A stretch of 46,703 nucleotides of DNA from Escherichia phage 1H12: the sequence record NC_049947.1; one strand, written 5' to 3'. The first letter of the stretch is position 1, and every line of letters starts with the position of its first letter. The translations under genes were made by a program, and so were the position numbers. The notes below the pieces were generated by a model. The model worked only from the letters and a program-made list of their open reading frames with translations, searched no databases and was not told the origin of the DNA. Positions 44,455 through 46,703 of this stretch are shown here, piece after piece.

Positions 44455-44670
44455 ATGAAATCCATGGACAAGTTAACAACGGGCATTGCCTACGGCACCT
44501 CTGCAGGCAGTGCTGGCTACTGGTTTTTACAGTGGCTTGATCAGGTCAGTCCGTCACAGTGGGCGGCGATTGGAGTGCTTGGAAGCCTTGTGTTGGGTTT
44601 TCTCACTTATCTGACAAACCTTTATTTCAAGATTAAAGAAGATAAGCGTAAGGCTGCGAGAGGTGAATAA
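44455..44670 (+). CDS. S: pinholin S (phage 21 S21 type, dual-start Met1/Met4)
   Basis: 71-aa [43 protein letters not shown], near-identical to phage 21 S21. Confidence 0.9.
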   Translation: MKSMDKLTTGIAYGTSAGSAGYWFLQWLDQVSPSQWAAIGVLGSLVLGFLTYLTNLYFKIKEDKRKAARGE

Positions 44671-45167
44671 TGTCGCCATCATTACGCAAGGCTGTAGCAG
44701 CTGCTATTGGTGGTGGGGCTGTTGCCATAGCGTCTGTGCTCATCACTGGTCCGAGTGGTGACGATGGTCTGGAAGGTGTCAGCTACATACCATATAAAGA
44801 TATTGTTGGTGTATGGACTGTATGTCACGGGCATACAGGAAAAGACATCATGCTCGGTAAAACGTATACCAAAGCAGAATGCAAAGCACTCTTGAATAAA
44901 GACCTTGCCACTGTCGCCAGACAAATTAACCCGTACATCAAAGTCGATATACCGGAAACAACGCGCGGCGCTCTTTACTCATTCGTTTACAACGTGGGTG
45001 CTGGCAATTTCAGAACATCGACGCTTCTTCGCAAAATAAACCAGGGCGATATCAAAGGCGCATGTGATCAGTTACGTCGCTGGACATATGCTGGCGGTAA
45101 GCAATGGAAAGGTCTCATGACTCGTCGTGAGATTGAGCGTGAAATCTGTTTGTGGGGTCAGCAATGA
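44670..45167 (+). CDS. R: SAR endolysin (signal-anchor-release lysozyme, phage 21 R21 type)
   Basis: 165-aa ORF with an N-terminal Gly/Ala-rich SAR segment followed by a T4-lysozyme-like domain. Confidence 0.9.
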   Translation: MSPSLRKAVAAAIGGGAVAIASVLITGPSGDDGLEGVSYIPYKDIVGVWTVCHGHTGKDIMLGKTYTKAECKALLNKDLATVARQINPYIKVDIPETTRGALYSFVYNVGAGNFRTSTLLRKINQGDIKGACDQLRRWTYAGGKQWKGLMTRREIEREICLWGQQ

Positions 45168-45625
45168 ACAGAGTAACCGCGATTATCTCCGCTCTGGTTA
45201 TCTGCATCATCGTCTGCCTGTCATGGGCTGTTAATCATTACCGTGATAACGCCATTACCTACAAAGCCCAGCGCGACAAAAATGCCAGAGAACTGAAGCT
45301 GGCGAACGCGGCAATTACTGACATGCAGATGCGTCAGCGTGATGTTGCTGCGCTCGATGCAAAATACACGAAGGAGTTAGCTGATGCGAAAGCTGAAAAT
45401 GATGCTCTGCGTGATGATGTTGCCGCTGGTCGTCGTCGGTTGCACATCAAAGCAGTCTGTCAGTCAGTGCGTGAAGCCACCACCGCCTCCGGCGTGGATA
45501 ATGCAGCCTCCCCCCGACTGGCAGACACCGCTGAACGGGATTATTTCACCCTCAGAGAGAGGCTGATCACGATGCAAAAACAACTGGAAGGAACCCAGAA
45601 GTATATTAATGAGCAGTGCAGATAG
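45164..45625 (+). CDS. Rz: i-spanin Rz
   Basis: ATG at 45164; [30 protein letters not shown] matches lambda Rz. Confidence 0.9.
   Translation: MNRVTAIISALVICIIVCLSWAVNHYRDNAITYKAQRDKNARELKLANAAITDMQMRQRDVAALDAKYTKELADAKAENDALRDDVAAGRRRLHIKAVCQSVREATTASGVDNAASPRLADTAERDYFTLRERLITMQKQLEGTQKYINEQCR
45384..45566 (+). CDS. Rz1: o-spanin Rz1 (embedded in the +1 frame of Rz)
   Basis: 60-aa lipoprotein with lipobox and proline-rich region (VVVGCTSKQ...PPPPPAW), as lambda Rz1. Confidence 0.85.
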   Translation: MRKLKMMLCVMMLPLVVVGCTSKQSVSQCVKPPPPPAWIMQPPPDWQTPLNGIISPSERG

Positions 45626-45656
45626 AGCTGCCCATATCGATGGGCAACTCATGCAA

Positions 45657-45950
45657 TTATTGTGAGCAATAGACACGCGCTTCCAGCGGAGTATAAATGC
45701 CTAAAGTAATAAAACCGAGCAATCCATTTACGAATGTTTGCTGGGTTTCTGTTTTAACAACATTTTCTGCGCCGCCACAAATTTTGGCTGCATCAACAGT
45801 TTTCTCCTGTCCAATTCCCGAAACGAAGAAGTGATGGGTGATGGTTTCCTTTGGTGTTACTGCTGTCGGTTTGTTTCCAACAGTAAACGTCTGTTGAGCA
45901 CATCCTGTAATAAGCATTGCCAGAGCGGCAGAAAACAACATTTTTTTCAT
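45657..45950 (-). CDS. bor: Bor lipoprotein (serum-resistance-associated outer-membrane lipoprotein)
   Basis: Internal ATG gives a 97-aa product MKKMLFSAALAMLITGCAQQTFTV matching lambda Bor. Confidence 0.85.
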   Translation of the reverse strand: MKKMLFSAALAMLITGCAQQTFTVGNKPTAVTPKETITHHFFVSGIGQEKTVDAAKICGGAENVVKTETQQTFVNGLLGFITLGIYTPLEARVYCSQ

Positions 45951-46309
45951 CTTATTATCCTGCATTGTTAAAAACGGCAGAATCCTATGTGACAACAATT
46001 AAACGATAGTTAAATGGATTGATGAAAATTAAAACTATATAGGTGGATGCTCAGCCTATTGGAGGAGGGGGGCACTCAGAATCCTGTGGAATGAAATAAA
46101 CCGCTCTTTCTGTCCATTACCCTTTTAGCTGCGCTGTATCGTCGCCGTATTCCCGCATTAACCATGACCGTAGCCCGACGGGGAATTCCTTCTGCGTGAG
46201 TGTGCGGGAATAATCAAAAACGATGCACACCGGGTTTTACTGTGCTGACAGACGCAGGGTTACCCTCATAGTCGCTTTTCCGGTGCGATGGTGGAAGAAA
46301 CCGGGATGT

Positions 46310-46504
46310 TTATTCATCATCACTTTGGATTGATGTACATGCTCTCTTTTCTGACGTTAGTCTCCGACGGCAGGCTTCAATGACCCAGGCTGAGAAATTC
46401 CCAGACCCTTTTTGCTCAAGAGCGATGTTAATTTGTTCAATCATTTGGTTAGGAAAGCGGATGTTGCGGGTTGTTGTTCTGCGGGTTCTGTTCTTAGTTG
46501 ACAT
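46310..46504 (-). CDS. hypothetical small basic protein (possible ribbon-helix-helix DNA-binding protein) near the right end
   Basis: 64-aa ORF with an Arg/Thr-rich N-terminus; lambda right-end ORF-like. Confidence 0.5.
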   Translation of the reverse strand: MSTKNRTRRTTTRNIRFPNQMIEQINIALEQKGSGNFSAWVIEACRRRLTSEKRACTSIQSDDE

Positions 46505-46691
46505 GAGGTTGCCCCGTATTCAGTGTCGCTGATTTGTATTGTCTGAAGTTGTTTTTACGTTAAGTTGATGCAGATCAATTAATACGATACCTGCGTCATA
46601 ATTGATTATTTGACGTGGTTTGATGGCGTAGATGCACGTTGTGACATGTAGATGATAATTATTATCATTTTGTGGGTCCTTTCCGGCGATC

Positions 46692-46703
46692 CGACAGGTT
46701 ACG
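46692..46703. other. cos: right genome end adjoining cosN
   Basis: Terminal cgacaggttacg is the canonical lambda right end; joined to the window start it recreates cosN. Confidence 0.8.

Noticed and set aside
46000-46310. Region right of bor where lambda carries additional small ORFs
   Set aside because: No ORF of at least 60 aa and no clear RBS-start pairs here; appears to be a degraded or deleted version of the lambda right-end ORFs.

Overview
The window is a complete, linear, lambda-like (lambdoid) phage genome of 46,703 bp, running from the left cohesive end (gggcggcgacct, 1..12) to the right end (...cgacaggttacg). All gene identities below come from reading the sequence and recalling known phage proteins; no database search was run. 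The left 19 kb is a near-lambda head and tail module (nu1 through J), with one apparent +1 frameshift in the tape-measure gene H. After J, lambda's lom is absent and a side tail fiber with a non-lambda C-terminus is followed by two small unknown genes. The b-region carries a sitABCD manganese/iron ABC transporter operon on the reverse strand with MntR-box and Fur-box motifs, a possible IS3-family fragment, an AT-rich orphan gene, and an attP containing the 3' end of host icd, next to int and xis. The early-left operon is lambda-like (exo, bet, gam, kil, cIII, ea10, sieB). The N antiterminator and nut sites are P22-type, and the cI/cro immunity region is non-lambda. Replication (cII, O with ori iterons, P, ren) is lambda-like; the nin region holds a Dam-like methyltransferase, rusA, ylcG and a DLP12-type Q. 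Between Q and the lysis genes sits a cargo island (lipocalin Blc, a DUF523/DUF1722 protein, an AraC-family regulator), followed by a phage-21-type lysis cassette and bor. The best candidate for an undescribed system is a 299-aa, AT-rich, single-transmembrane protein in the cI-to-pL slot where lambda carries rexAB; this is a positional inference only. No tRNA, rRNA or CRISPR array was seen.
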